From: the human T2T-CHM13v2.0 reference genome, Homo sapiens
Direction: 5' to 3' (one strand)
Assembly: GCF_009914755.1 (NCBI RefSeq)
Contig: NC_060944.1
Length of the DNA: 64,000 nt
The notes beneath the pieces are model-generated. The model saw only the letters and a list, made by a program, of their open reading frames with translations. It did no database searches and was not told the DNA's origin. The stretch's first letter is position 1. Each line of letters begins with the position of its first letter. A program made the translations under genes and the position numbers. Below, piece after piece: positions 17,751 through 37,776 of the stretch.

Positions 17751-18949
17751 CTATTCTATAAATAAAAGGGTTTCAGGGTTAGCCATGAAAGGCCCCAGTG
17801 ACAAAGTTGTAATGTGATCAGAAATGAAAAGCTCAAAAAAAGATTTCAGTTGGTGATGAAACAAGGCAAGGATTATGAATCTCACAGGCGTTTCCTTTCT
17901 CCAGAAACTGAAGGCACCTTTGCCAGGAGAAAAAGGCAGTTTCCATGGCAGGGACCCAGCCTTGACTTCCCCAGGATCTGTCCACATGAACGTTGTAATG
18001 AGTCCACCCGAGATGGGGACTCTCCATTGTATTTACATTTTATGACATCTTTTTATATTTCACAGGAGAGGATTCTGAATAAAAATGAGCCCGGCTTTTA
18101 GGGCTGTTTTTTATTATCAGCATTTGGTAAAAAACATCCTTAATGAGGTGTTAAGAGTCATCCTGCATCCTATTGTGGAGGAGGCCTGGGAGCTCATAAA
18201 CCCCTGAAAAGCCACAGGGTAATTTATAATCCTTGATGCCACCCCTTCCTGACACAAGCGCTTCAGAGGGAGCATCTTTAGTTCTCGGGCACTTCCTGCA
18301 ATTTACACGCCCAAGCTGCTTCGACCACAATCTGAATTCAACCTTATTAAGTAAAGTTCAGCCCAGGATTCTTCTTGCCAAGCTGTTCACCTCTGAGAAA
18401 CTCTGGCCAGCCTGCCTGAAATTAATTAGAGTTTCCGTTGAGTTTGGACTGAAGGTGTGGCTCTAGAAAGTGTTCACATTTCTCTCCTTACTGGTGAGGA
18501 ATTTAACAGTTATGGTTCTGGGGAAAAACAATAACATAACAACAACAACAACAAAAAAAACCACTTTTGCTTCTCTGCAAGAAGAGGAGTTTCTTGATAC
18601 TGTGATGTTTTACTCATAAGTTCATATCCTTTCTGAAATAGACTTCAATTAAGACTGAGGGTGTCCTAAGCCCCAGAATGATATACTACTTCATTGAGAA
18701 AAAAATACTGCCACTTATATAAGGGATCTAAAAGAGCCAGATTCATAGAATCAAAGTGTGGAATGGTGGTTGCCAGGGGGTTGTGGGAGAGGGCAATAGG
18801 GAATTACCAATCAGCCAATAATCAATGGGCATAAGGTTTCAGTTAAGCAACAGGAATAAGTTCTAGAGATCTGCTGTATGACATTTAACCTAGAGTCAAC
18901 GACAGTGGATTATACACTGAAAAATTTGTTAAGAGGGCCAGCCTTGTAT

Positions 18950-19256
<307 letters not shown>

Positions 19257-19260
19257 GAAG

Positions 19261-19396
19261 GGCCAGCCTTGGTGGGTCACACCTGTAATCCGAGCACTTT
19301 AAGAGCCCAAGGCGGAAGGATTCCTTGAGCCCAGGAGTTCGAGGTCAGCCTCGGCAATATAGTGAGACCCTGCCTCTATTTTTCATTTAAAAAAAA
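19261..19396 (+). mobile_element. FLAM monomer
   Basis: left-arm monomer; TSD AAAATTTGTTAA. Confidence 0.85.
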
Positions 19397-19545
19397 CCCA
19401 AAATTTGTTAAAAGTGTATATCTCATGATAAGTGTTCCTCTCAATCAAGTAAAATAAAACGACCGCCACAAACCAGACTTTGTGATGGCGACAAATATCT
19501 CAGGTTTAATCTTGAAATCTGTAAATTGAAGAATAAAGAAAATAA

Positions 19546-19877
<332 letters not shown>

Positions 19878-20039
19878 CTTTCCTTTATACTTTATATCCT
19901 TCTTATTTGGGGATCTCTTTTTTATTTTTTATTTTTTTAAGAAAAGTACATATGACATGGTATATATTGACCCTTCCTGACTTTATTCAATTAAATATTA
20001 TAATTGACTATTAGATGGTTATTTCTTTATTGCTGTTAA

Positions 20040-20332
<293 letters not shown>

Positions 20333-20747
20333 TATTGCTATTAAATTTTAACATCAGCATTTCACATAGTCCCTATTTGGCTTTCATAGTTCCTGTTGAC
20401 TGAATATCATTTATATTTAACTTGAAAAATAGATATTTATATTTCACTTGTGTGGACATAGTTGAAAAAGTGTAGGAATTATAGATTTTATCATGCAACA
20501 TTTTATGTTGTTTCCAGCCTCTGAACGAATAAATAATTTATATGTGCAATGTATATGTTTTGTTCCTAGGTCCTCTGGGGAGGCATTGTAGGGGAAAAAC
20601 CCACAAAACCTGGTGTTGGAGGGTCAGGGTTCAAGTTCTGTTCTTAGCAATAATGTGATCTTGAGCCCATCAATCATTGTTTCTGACCCCACATGTCCTT
20701 ATTAGTAAAGTGAAACTGATAATACATATGCCACTGCATTGTTAAAT

Positions 20748-21382
<635 letters not shown>

Positions 21383-21383
21383 C

Positions 21384-21677
21384 TTCTTTTTTTTTTCTGA
21401 GACGAATTCTTGCTCTGTCACCCAAGCTAGAGTGCAGTGGCGGATCTTGGTTTACTGAAACCCCCGCCTCCCAGGTTCAAGCAATTCTCCAGCCTCAGCC
21501 TCCTGAGTAACTGGGATTACAGGCATGTGCCATCATGCCTAGCTAATTTTTGTATTTTTAGTAGAGACGGGGTTTTACCATGTTGGCCAGGCTGGTCTTG
21601 AACTCCTGACATTGTGATTTGCCCACCTCGGCCTCCCAAAGTGCTGGGATTACAGGCATGAGCCACCATGCCTGGCC
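21384..21677 (-). mobile_element. Alu (AluSg-like)
   Basis: TSD TATTTATTTTC 21076/21678 encloses both tandem Alus. Confidence 0.95.
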
Positions 21678-21789
21678 TATTTATTTTCATTATAATTGAC
21701 AGTTATTTAATTAAGTATAAACTTTTAGCTACGTGTTGTGAATGTGTGTTATGTCACTTGACTAACCTATAAAGTGTGAACAGTTATTA

Positions 21790-21905
21790 GCATCACAGGT
21801 GAGGTTCTTGAGCCTCAGAGAGGTTAAGTGACTTGCCCATGGTCACACAGCCTGAAAGTGGCAAACCTGGGATATGAACCTAGGAACATATGACTGCAAA
21901 AACAG
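21790..21905 (-). mobile_element. MIR
   Basis: ctcagagaggttaagtgacttgcccatggtcacacagc core. Confidence 0.8.
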
Positions 21906-22189
21906 TACCCCAAGTCATTCGACGTGAAGCTGCCTTTTGATGATGTAAGTGAGATTGACTGCGACTTGTAAAGCTGTCTGTAAATGCCTAGTTAAGAGAG
22001 ATATGGCCAAGACATCAGAAATTTTGAGCAGAAGAAGGTTCTAGGAATCAACTAATTAAATAACGTGATTTTAGAATGATGAGGCCGAGAGTCTACCTTG
22101 GGTCAGAAACTAAGATAGAGATGTCAGATGAGAAGACAGATGCCTAGCTGCACCCTGGGCTCCCTGTAGTGCTGTGTTTAGGTTCTCAG

Positions 22190-22700
22190 ACCCGGGAGTC
22201 AGAGCCTGGGCTCAATATTGAGCTCCGGTTCATACTAGCTGTGTACCTTGGACAAGATATGTAAATTCTCTATACCTTAGTTTCTGCATCTCTAAAATGG
22301 GATAGCTAAGAGTAATTACAGGCTGGGTGCAGTGGCTCATGCCTGTAATTCCAGCACTTTGAGAGGCCAAGATGGATGGATCACGCGAGGCCAGGAGTTT
22401 GAGACTAGCATGGCCAACATGGAGAAACCCCATCTCTACTAAAAATACAAAAATTAGCCGGGCTGGTGGTGCATGTCTGTGATTCCAGCTACTTGGGAGC
22501 CTGAGGCAGAAGAATTGCTTGAACCTAGGAGGCAGAGGTTGCAGTGAGCTGAGATTGCACTGCTGTACGCAATCCTGGGTGACAGAGCAAGACTCTGTCT
22601 TCGGGAAAAAAAAAAAAAGTGTAATTATAGAAAGATTAAACAAGTTTAAAATGTGTGACATGCTTAAAATAGTGGTAATTTATAAATGTATCATTATTCT
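22190..22700 (+). mobile_element. MIR interrupted by Alu
   Basis: ctagctgtgtaccttggacaag...tttctgcatctctaaaatggg. Confidence 0.75.
22321..22618 (+). mobile_element. Alu (AluSz)
   Basis: consensus match; TSD GTAATTA. Confidence 0.95.
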
Positions 22701-22814
22701 GGCCACCACTGATCGTCTTTAAAACTGCACCATTCCTATTTGATGAGCTGAACATACAAAAACATCCATGGATACCATTATCATCTTTATCTCTTGCGAA
22801 ACAGCAAATGATGA

Positions 22815-23136
<322 letters not shown>

Positions 23137-23214
23137 TGTACAATTCATTTTTCTAAGCCACTAATCTGATCAATTATTTCACTGCCTTGATTAACACTTT
23201 TCCATGAAGTATTT

Positions 23215-24155
23215 ACAAGTCACATATCTGATAAGTATCCAAAATATGAAAACAACTCTCACCACTTGACAATTGTATTCATTGTTTTTAAGACAAAAAA
23301 TCCAATTAAAACACGGGGGAAAAAATGGAATAGACATTTCCCCAAAGTACATATACAAATGGCCAAAATGTACATGAAAAGATGCTGAGGATCATTAGTC
23401 ATTAGCGAAATGCAAATCATAACTGCAATGTGATGCCACCTGAGACCCTGTAGGGTGGCTATAATAAAAAATATGGAGAGTAACAAGTGTTGGCAAAGAT
23501 GGAGAGAAATTGGAACTCTCATACATTGTTGGTGGGAGTATAAGTGGTACAGCTGCTTTTGAAAAATCTGGTAGTTTCTTAAAATATTAAACATAATTTT
23601 CATTTGATCCAGAAGTTCTACTCCCAGGTATATATTTGAGAGAATTAAAAACATATGTCTACAAAGAAACTGTTTTTTTTTTGTTTGTTTGTTTTGTTTT
23701 TTTTTTTAGACAGGGTCTTGCTCTGTTGCTCAGGCTGAAAAACAGTGGTGTGATCTTGGTTCACTGCAGCCTCTTCCTCCAGGGTTCACACAATTCTCGT
23801 GCCCCAGCCTCCCAAATAGCTGGGATTACAGGCATGTGCCACCATACACGGCTAATTTTTTTTTTTTTTTTTTTTTTTTTTTTGCATTTTTAGTGGACAT
23901 GGGGTTTCACCATGTTGGCCTGGCTGGTCTGAGACGCCTGGCCTCAAGAGGTCTACCCACCTTGGCCTCCCAAAGTGCTGGGAGCCACTGTGCCTGGCCC
24001 TCTACACAGAAATGTGTATACAAATGTTTATAGCAGCATTATTCCTAAACTCCAAAAAGTAGAAATAACGTAAATGTCCATTGACTGATGAACTGATAAA
24101 CAAAATATGCTCTACCTATACAACGGAATATTATTCAGCTGTAAAAAGGGAAGAA
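23215..24155 (+). mobile_element. L1M ORF2 3' fragment (copy A)
   Basis: catgaaaagatgctgagg, ggagagaaattggaactctcatacattg, ggaatattattcagc. Confidence 0.85.
23673..23999 (-). mobile_element. AluJb-like
   Basis: TSD TCTACA(A/C)AGAAA. Confidence 0.9.
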
Positions 24156-24367
24156 GTAGATCACTGGCACAGAATAGAGAGCCCAGAAATAAACCTTCAG
24201 GTATATGGGCCAATGATCTTTGACAAGGGTGCCAAAACTACACAAGGGGAAAAGGATTGTCTCTTCAACAAATGGTGTTGGGAAAATTGGATATCTACAC
24301 GAAAAGAACTAAAGACATACCCTTTTCTTCTTGTGCCATATACAGAAATTAATTCAAAATGGATTAG

Positions 24368-24506
24368 GAACCAGGGCTTTGTGTGGTGTCTCACGCCTGT
24401 AATCCCCTCACTGTGGGAGACCCAGGCAGGAGGATTGCTTGAGGCCAGGAGTTTGAGGCCAGTCTGAGCAACATAGCAAGACCACATGTCTACAAAAATA
24501 ATAATT
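24368..24506 (+). mobile_element. FLAM monomer
   Basis: ggaggattgcttgaggccaggagtttgagg. Confidence 0.85.
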
Positions 24507-24557
24507 GTAAAAAAGATTAAAAACCTAAACATAAGACCTGAGATTATAAAACTTCTA

Positions 24558-24895
<338 letters not shown>

Positions 24896-25008
24896 AAAAC
24901 AAATATTGGCAAGAAATTGGTACCCTTAGATACTGTTGGTGGGAGTGAAAAATGGTGTAGCCACCATGGAAAACAGTATAGTGGTTCCTCAAAAAATTTA
25001 AAATAAAT

Positions 25009-25305
<297 letters not shown>

Positions 25306-25484
25306 AATGACCATAAAAAACTATCACCTGATTCAGCAATCCCACTTCTGGGTATATATCCAAAAGAATTGAAAACAAGATCTCAGAGAGAGATTTGCAA
25401 CATGTTCATTGCGGCACTATTGACAATAGTCAAGATGTAGAAGCAACCAAAATGCCCACTGGATTAATGGATAAAGAAAATGTG

Positions 25485-26000
<516 letters not shown>

Positions 26001-26368
26001 TCTTTTGAAGACCATTATTGCATAAGTGCATTTGGAAAAGCCAGCCTCATTCTGATGAAAAACTGTGGGAGTATTGCTGGAGAAATGTTAGAGTCGAAAT
26101 TTTTCCTGATTTGCAGCTGAGAGTCTCCTAACTGATCCAGAATCCCAGATTTCACCAAGAATCATGAATGAAAGGGAGTGTTTTCCATAGCATTTGGGAG
26201 ACAGAGATTTCACACCCCCAAGATGAGTCACAACTGATTATTGAGGGATTCTCTGTGGCTAGGATATTTCAGCCAAGAGTTGAAGAATGCAGAAGTCCTT
26301 CTTCCTCCGTACAGGAGAGCCCATCTTATTATTTCCCTCTCTCTTGTTCCTAAGACATGGCTGTTTAC

Positions 26369-26672
26369 TCTTTTATTTTTGAGACACAGTTTCACTCTGT
26401 CGCACAGGCTGGAGTGCAGTGGCATGATCTTGGCTCACTGCAATCTCCGCTTCCCGGGTTCAAGTCATTCTGCCATTCTCCTGCCTCAGCCTCCTGAGTG
26501 ACTAGGAATTACAGGTGTACGCCACCACGCCTGGCTAAGTTTTGTATTTTTAGTAGATACGGAGTTTCACCATGTTGGCCAGGCTGGTTTTGAACTCCTG
26601 ACCTCAAGTAATCTGCCTGCTTTGGCCTCCCAAAGTGCTAGGATTACAGGCGTGAGCCATCACACCTGGCTG
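26369..26672 (-). mobile_element. Alu (AluSz)
   Basis: consensus match. Confidence 0.95.
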
Positions 26673-26698
26673 GTTTCGCTGTTTAAAAACCCATTCTG

Positions 26699-27014
26699 GG
26701 CCAGGAGCGGTGGCTCACGCCTGTAATCCAAGCACTTTGGGAGGCCGAGGCGGGCGGATCATCTGAGGTCAGGAGTTCGAGACCAGCCTGACCAACATGG
26801 AGAAACCCTGTCTCTACTAAAAATACAAAATTAGCCGGGCGTGGTGAGGCATGCCTGTAATCCCAGCTACTCAGGAAGGCTGAGGCAGGAGAATTGCTTG
26901 AACCCAGGAGGCGGAGGCCAGGAGGCAGAGGTTGCGGTGAGTCGAGATCACGCCACCGCACTCCAGTCTGGGCAACAAGAGTGAAACTCGGTCTCAAGGA
27001 AAAAAAAAAAAAAA
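26699..27014 (+). mobile_element. AluSp
   Basis: internal short duplication ccaggaggcRgagg x2. Confidence 0.95.
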
Positions 27015-27019
27015 GAATC

Positions 27020-27656
<637 letters not shown>

Positions 27657-27685
27657 TCAGGAAGCCACACGCTGCAGCCATGGCT

Positions 27686-27824
27686 TTTATCTGTTTATTG
27701 ATTTTTAGAGCTGGGGGTCTCACTGTGTTGCCCAAGATGGTCTGAAACTCTTGGGCTCAAGCGATCCTCCTGCCTTGGCCGCCTGAATTGCTGGGACTAC
27801 AGGGGTGAGACACTGTGCTCAGCT
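27686..27824 (-). mobile_element. FLAM monomer
   Basis: ctcttgggctcaagcgatcctcctgcc. Confidence 0.85.
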
Positions 27825-28039
27825 CAAAATGTATTAAGAGCAGGCATTGTGGACCTCGTGAGGCAATTCACATTGCCATTTTAAGCTACATATTTAAATC
27901 TAAGCTGTCCACTAGGCTTTGGAGAGGCATTTCCTGAATGTCTGTTCTAAAGGAGGAACTCTTCCAACCCTCTTGTTCTGTGGCAGATAACCCTGATCAT
28001 GACTTGCAATTACTTTATTTCAATTTATATTTTGGTTTG

Positions 28040-28175
28040 TCCTCAACACTAGAAATGAAAGCCTCATAAAAACAGGGACTTTATTGCTCCTGTTCATCTA
28101 TATATCCCCAGGACAGTGCCAGGCACATAGTAGATGCTCAATAAGTATGTGTTGACTGAATAAACGAATGAATAA
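28040..28175 (+). mobile_element. L2 3' end
   Basis: cagtgccaggcacatagtagatgctcaataagtatgtgttgactgaat. Confidence 0.8.
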
Positions 28176-28276
28176 CAGAATTTGGTGTCTGACTCCCAAG
28201 CCCTTGTACTTAACACAAGGCTGTGCTTCTTCTCACACCCTTCTTTGTGTGGTAGTGGGTTTGGTCATGACTTAGA

Positions 28277-28488
28277 GCAGCATTGTCCAATATGGTAGCC
28301 ACTAGCCACATGTGGCAATTTAAATTTAACTTTAAAGTAGTGAAAGTTAAATAAAGTTAAAAACCCAGCTCCCCAGGCATGCTAGTATATTTCCAGTGCT
28401 CAGTACCTACATGTGACAAATGGCTAGTGGAGAGTTCCCATATAGAACATTTCAATTGTCACAGAAAGTTCCATTAACGGAGCTGATT
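28277..28488. mobile_element. MER3-like
   Basis: cagcattgtccaatatggtagccactagccacatgtggc...agaaagttccatt. Confidence 0.8.
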
Positions 28489-28493
28489 GAGAT

Positions 28494-28702
28494 CAGTGGT
28501 TCTCAACTGGAGAAGATTTTGCCTCCCAAGGGGCATTTGGCAATGTCTGGAAACCTTTCTAGTTATCACAGCTTGGAAGATGGACCTGACATCTAGTGGG
28601 TAGAGGCCAGGGATGCTGCTATACATGCTACAATACACAGGACAGCTTCACGCTAGAGAAGTATTTGGCCCAAAATGTCAGCAGTACTAAGGCTGAGAAA
28701 CA
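28494..28702. mobile_element. MER20
   Basis: cagtggttctcaac...catctagtgggtagaggccagggatgctgct...ggctgagaaac. Confidence 0.85.
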
Positions 28703-29007
28703 TGGTTTACAGGAAGGCACTGGGGTGACAGTTTTCTCTGTATGACCAGAATGCTAAATTCCTCAGGATCTGGATGGGTTAATTTGCAATTAAAAGCCTG
28801 ATAAGGACTCTTCAGTGTATGTGGCATGGTGTCTAGTTTCCTGGCTTGAATTCCTGGAATTCCTCCTAATATTTTGAATAGGATATTAAAATCCAGAAAT
28901 CATTGCCCAGCTGGGTTTTCAAGTGCCCACACTTCCCTGTGAGACTCATTCAATGGGATTCACAACACTCAGACCAAAAGGCATTTCTAAGGCTAGATTG
29001 TTCTAGA

Positions 29008-29633
<626 letters not shown>

Positions 29634-30376
29634 CTCTAGATACTAAAGACCTTACTGGATTTTTTCTTTCCTTCCCTCCCCCTACCCATTTGTTCTTTTA
29701 TTTTCTTAAGATCAAAATTATCCTGATAATTTGCAGGTGTAGACACAGAGCAAATGACCAAATGGACTTTCTTCGGGAAGCCGAGGGCGGAGGGGATTAG
29801 CTTCCATGCAGGGGCGTTCATGTGAAAGATTCCTCTTAGATGAATTTAGGGAACAAAGACCCCGTGGTCAATGATTTCTGTGGGTCTGAAAGTAAAAGAC
29901 TGGCTGAGTTCTTTTGTCAGTTTTGCAGCACAGATCATACAGTTACTGAATACTCCCCTCCACGGTAGTATTCTTTTAACGCTTCACTCCATGACCTCAC
30001 AAAAATAATTGCTGGGAAGCAAATTTACTTCGCCCTCTGCCTTTATTTGCTGACCAAGGGGCTCAGCCGATAGCCGTATTGTTGATGGAAATGCAAAAGG
30101 GGGTGGAGGGAAGGAGAAAGAATACAATTTGGCCAGGGAAGATGGATATATTGAAAGGATTCGAGGATTTGTCCTTGCTTTATAATTGGAGTCAGGATTT
30201 TCCTTCAAGTTACCCTGCACAGACTGGAAGGAAACCTCTCCAGCCTCCTCCACCCCCATGGCCTGTTAAACTCTTTCTCAACAAATTGAAATCTGGCTTT
30301 TAAATCTTTGTCATTTTTATGATTATATGATTATAGCGAACATTACAACTTGTCCAGTGAATGGACTTTAAAAAAA

Positions 30377-30475
30377 TTTTTTTTTTTTTTTTTTTTTTGT
30401 AGTGAGCATCAGGCTATGTTGACCAGGCTGGTCTTGAACTCCTGGTCTCAAGCAATCCTCTTGCCTTGGTCTCAC
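30377..30475 (-). mobile_element. FLAM/Alu fragment
   Basis: T tail then caggctggtcttgaactcctgg. Confidence 0.8.
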
Positions 30476-30779
30476 TTTTTCAAATTCTGAGAATGTCTTT
30501 ATTCAGAAAGAAAGTAAAAACTGATTAAAAATGATTTGTATGCATTGGGAGCAGTTGGGATTTGATTTTTTTTTCTCTCTAAGTCTACAGGAGTTTTCAC
30601 CGATGGCTTTCAATTCTTTGGAATTTCTGGAAATGGAAGCTTGCATCTTGGAAGCAAACCTACAAACAACCTTATATTGTCCCATACCCTCATTTTAGAA
30701 AACAGACCACTCTGATTACTGTGGGGATTACCTGGAGTGATCTGGGATTCCCTTGGCAGGAGCAAAGTGGAAAGATTTT

Positions 30780-31200
30780 CCGGCCCTTTAATTTGTAAAA
30801 CGAAAACCTGTGTTGGCTGCTACTGGTAGAAAAATAAAAAATTAATACACCCAAAGTAAAAGTTAGCAAGGATAACTGCCAGGCCAGACACAGTTTGTTA
30901 TAAGCCCCGCAATGTGCAATATTGAAAGTGGTTTCCTTCCCCTAGTACTTAGGCATCCAATCAGTCAAACCATCTGATAACTGCTTATCTCCTCTAATGC
31001 GACTGAGATGTGTTTGATGACTCTTTGCATTTCAATCGTAAAGCTCACCTTAGGTAAGCACCTTGAGGAGAAAAAAGAAATTCACAAGTCTCAGCTTTTG
31101 CATTCATGGAATTTTCTTTTCACAATGGAAGGAAAGTTAAGCTGGTGCCCGTTAGGGGGAGGGGTGCAGAGGTGGTTGAAGATCTTTGAAAGGGAGGGGC
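30780..31200. promoter_or_regulatory. candidate enhancer (GATA pair, E-box, CCAAT)
   Basis: repeat-free; CCAAT 30957, CATCTG 30971, TGATAA 30975, CTTATCT 30984. Confidence 0.35.
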
Positions 31201-31269
31201 GCAGTGTTCAGTTTGTGTGTAGTGCACACACACATACACACACATACACAAAGGTAAAACACTTCATTT

Positions 31270-31372
31270 GGGTTAAATGGTTGAGAAACAATCAAAAGAA
31301 GAATATTTTATGATGCATAAAAAGATATGAAATTCCCATTTCAGTGTCCATTAAGAAAGCTTTATTGGAATG
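31270..31372. mobile_element. MER58B-like fragment
   Basis: gagaaacaatcaaaagaagaatattttatga...tttcagtgtcca. Confidence 0.65.
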
Positions 31373-31610
31373 TAGCTTCTTGTCTCAGGAGCCAAAATAG
31401 TAAAGCAAAGCAAAGCAATCCCGAGAGAGGGGGAAGATGAAAGATGAACGGGCCACTCTATGCTTCATTTTTAGCTACCTGAGGACACAGGAAAAATAGA
31501 AAATGTGTATAAGGAAAGATTTCCAGGATTTTGGTAATCATAACTTGGCATGTCTGACTCCCTGCACCCACAGTGCTTTTTATAATCCTCTACCCAGCAA
31601 TCTTCTGTGA

Positions 31611-32033
<423 letters not shown>

Positions 32034-32099
32034 AGGGGGGTGGTTATTGTTAACAGCAGTTGCTCTTGTACTTTTCCATCTCCTATTGTTGGAGAAGTA

Positions 32100-32593
<494 letters not shown>

Positions 32594-32809
32594 AGTATAA
32601 CTTCAACTTGGTTATAACTTGGTATAACTTCATTTGGGAGCAGTTTGGCAGTATTCGCCAAACTTTAAACATACACTTTCACCCAGCAACTCAGTTTATA
32701 GGAGTTCTTCCTATGGATCAATTCCCTCTTCATATGCCAATCAGAATTCATATTTTTGTTTTGAATTCCAAACCACGTGCATGTATTATTGTTTTAGTTT
32801 TGTGTTATC

Positions 32810-33820
<1,011 letters not shown>

Positions 33821-34114
33821 TTTTTTTTTTTTTTTTGAGATGGAGTCTCGCTCTGTCTCCCAGGCTGGAGAGCAGTGGCGTGATCTCGGCTCACTGCATC
33901 CTCAGCCTCCTGGTTCAAGCGATTCTTCTGCCTCAGCCTCCTGAGTAGCTGGGACTACAGGCATGTGCCACCACGCCCAGCTAATTTTTGTATTTTTAGT
34001 AGAGACGGGGTTTCACCATGTTGGCCTGGCTGGTCTTGAACTCCTGACCTCGTGATCCACCTGCCTCAGCCTCACAAAGTGCTGGGATTACAGGCATGAG
34101 CCATTGCGCCCAGC
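33821..34114 (-). mobile_element. Alu (AluSg)
   Basis: consensus match. Confidence 0.95.
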
Positions 34115-34281
34115 CAATTCTCTTCTTCATAAATAAAATTTTAATTTTAGAACAGTTTTAGGTTTACAGAAAAATTGAAAAGATTGTACTAAGAGTTACC
34201 ATATACCCTAAACACAGTTTTCCCTGTTATTAACATCTTACATTAGCATGGCACATTTGTTTTAATCAGTTAAACTATTAG

Positions 34282-34871
<590 letters not shown>

Positions 34872-35017
34872 AGCCATACATTATTGTTAATTCAATTGCA
34901 TACTGTATTCAGGTTTCCTTGGTTTTTACCTAATGTCCTTTTACTGCGTTAGGATCCTATCTAAACCACCACATTACATTTAGTTCTAATGTCTCTTTAG
35001 GTTACACTTAGCTGTCA

Positions 35018-35081
35018 TAGTTTCTTAGACTACCCTTGTTTTGAAAACCTAGTTTCTTAGACTACCCTTGTTTTGACAACC
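35018..35081. repeat. 32-bp tandem duplication
   Basis: tagtttcttagactacccttgttttga(a/c)aacc x2. Confidence 0.9.
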
Positions 35082-35133
35082 TCGACAGTTTTGAGGAGCT
35101 TTGGGCAAATATGCTGTAGAATGTCCCTCAATT

Positions 35134-35238
35134 GAATGGCTTGAACCCGGGAGGCGGAGGTTGCATTGAGCTGAAATCCTGCCATTCACTCCAGCCTGAG
35201 CGACAGAGTGAGATTCTGTCTCAAAAAAAAAAAAAAAA
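35134..35238 (+). mobile_element. 5'-truncated Alu
   Basis: only the last ~90 nt plus A tail; perfect TSD AGAATGTCCCTCAATT. Confidence 0.9.
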
Positions 35239-35969
35239 GAATGTCCCTCAATTTGGATTTATTTGTTGTTAAATGTTTGTGGAAGGAAAACCACAGAGGT
35301 AAAGCCATTCTCATCACATTAGATCAAAGGTACATTCTATCAACACGACTTATCATTGTTGATGTTAACTTGGATCTCCTGGCTGAGCTAGTATTTGTTT
35401 ACTGTAAAGAAAATCTTTAGCTCTGTGTTTATGAGCTCATGTCTACCTTCAGAACCAAAATTGCAGAAACGGAAAAGTAGTTTGCCAAAATCCCCAAGAA
35501 CCATATACTTTGGATAACGACAAAATTTAGAGTTATTCTGGCACAGGTACCTCTCCAAGTCACCCTCACTCTCCTCACCAGTTCCATACTACCTTGCTCC
35601 TCCAGCCAACTTGGTCATCAGAAAGCACTTATTTATTTATTCATTTGTTTAGGGTCTGTGACCTTGCAATGACACATTCTCTATGTCTCTGCATCAGGCT
35701 TCTCTTCAACTCCCTGAGCTTCAGATAGTTCCTCTTACCTCCTCCGTCCTTCCTGAGTGCTGGGATGATGGGTGTTGGAAAAGGACTTTGAAAGCCGTAT
35801 ATACAGTACTATACAAAAATGAGTCATCGTTATAAATGTAAGCTCTGCTGTCGCCTGCCATCTCTCCGTATCTCCCTTCCTCTCCCCTCCACACTCTTGC
35901 TAGAATGTAGAATATAGAGATCCAATGGTACTTCCTCCCAATATGTGTCTTCAAACTCAGAGCTCTAGT

Positions 35970-36311
35970 CAGTGGGTCCCAACTTTTTTGGCACCAGGGA
36001 CTGGTTTTGTGTAAGACAATTTTTCCATGGATGGGATGGGTTGGGGGACATGGTTTTGGAATGAAACTGTTCCACCTCAGATCATCAGGCATTAAATTCT
36101 CATAAGAAGCGTGCAACCTAGATCCCTCCCATCCGCAGTTCAGAATAGGGTTCCCGCTCCTATGAGAATCTAATGCCTAGAGAGATCTGACAGGAGGTGG
36201 AGCCCCGGCGGCAACGCTCGCCTGCCTGCCACTCCCTTCCTGCCCTGTGGCCTGGTTCCTAACAGGTCATAGCCCAGTACCTGTCCACGGCCTGGGGGTT
36301 GGGGGCCCCTG
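35970..36311. mobile_element. MER1B hAT-Charlie
   Basis: ggtcccaacttttttggcaccagggactggtttt...ggttgggggcccctg; CTCTAG-type TSD. Confidence 0.9.
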
Positions 36312-36336
36312 CTCTAGCCCATAAGACTAAGCCCTT

Positions 36337-36480
36337 TGTATGGTCTAAATATTTCCTCCAAAATTCATGTGTTGAAACTTAATGGCCAGAGTGACAGTAT
36401 TAAGAGGTGGGGCCTTTGGAGGTAATTAAGTCATGAGATTAGAGCCCTTGTAGAGGGGATTTGGCCCCTTATAAAAGGGC
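36337..36480 (+). mobile_element. MST/MLT1A MaLR LTR 5' fragment
   Basis: ccaaaattcatgtgttgaaacttaa...gaggtggggcctttggaggtaattaagtcatgag...ttataaaaggg. Confidence 0.75.
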
Positions 36481-36481
36481 C

Positions 36482-37060
<579 letters not shown>

Positions 37061-37072
37061 TTCCTTGTGGGG

Positions 37073-37608
<536 letters not shown>

Positions 37609-37669
37609 GGGACTTCGTTTTGAAGCCAATTTTTTTAATTATATGTAATTTTTTACTTTCTTTATATTT

Positions 37670-37776
37670 CATTCTTTATTTTTTATTTTTTGACACAGAG
37701 TCTTGCTCTGTCACCCAGGCTTTGCCTCAGTATCCCTAGTGACTGAGATTACAGGTGTGTGCCACTACGCCCAGCT
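37670..37776 (-). mobile_element. internally deleted Alu arm
   Basis: ctgtcacccaggct joined to ttgcctcag...gattacaggtgtg. Confidence 0.8.

Noticed and set aside
24081-24467. 128-aa ORF with protein-like sequence
   Set aside because: Chimeric L1 ORF2p fragments running into a FLAM; not a host gene.
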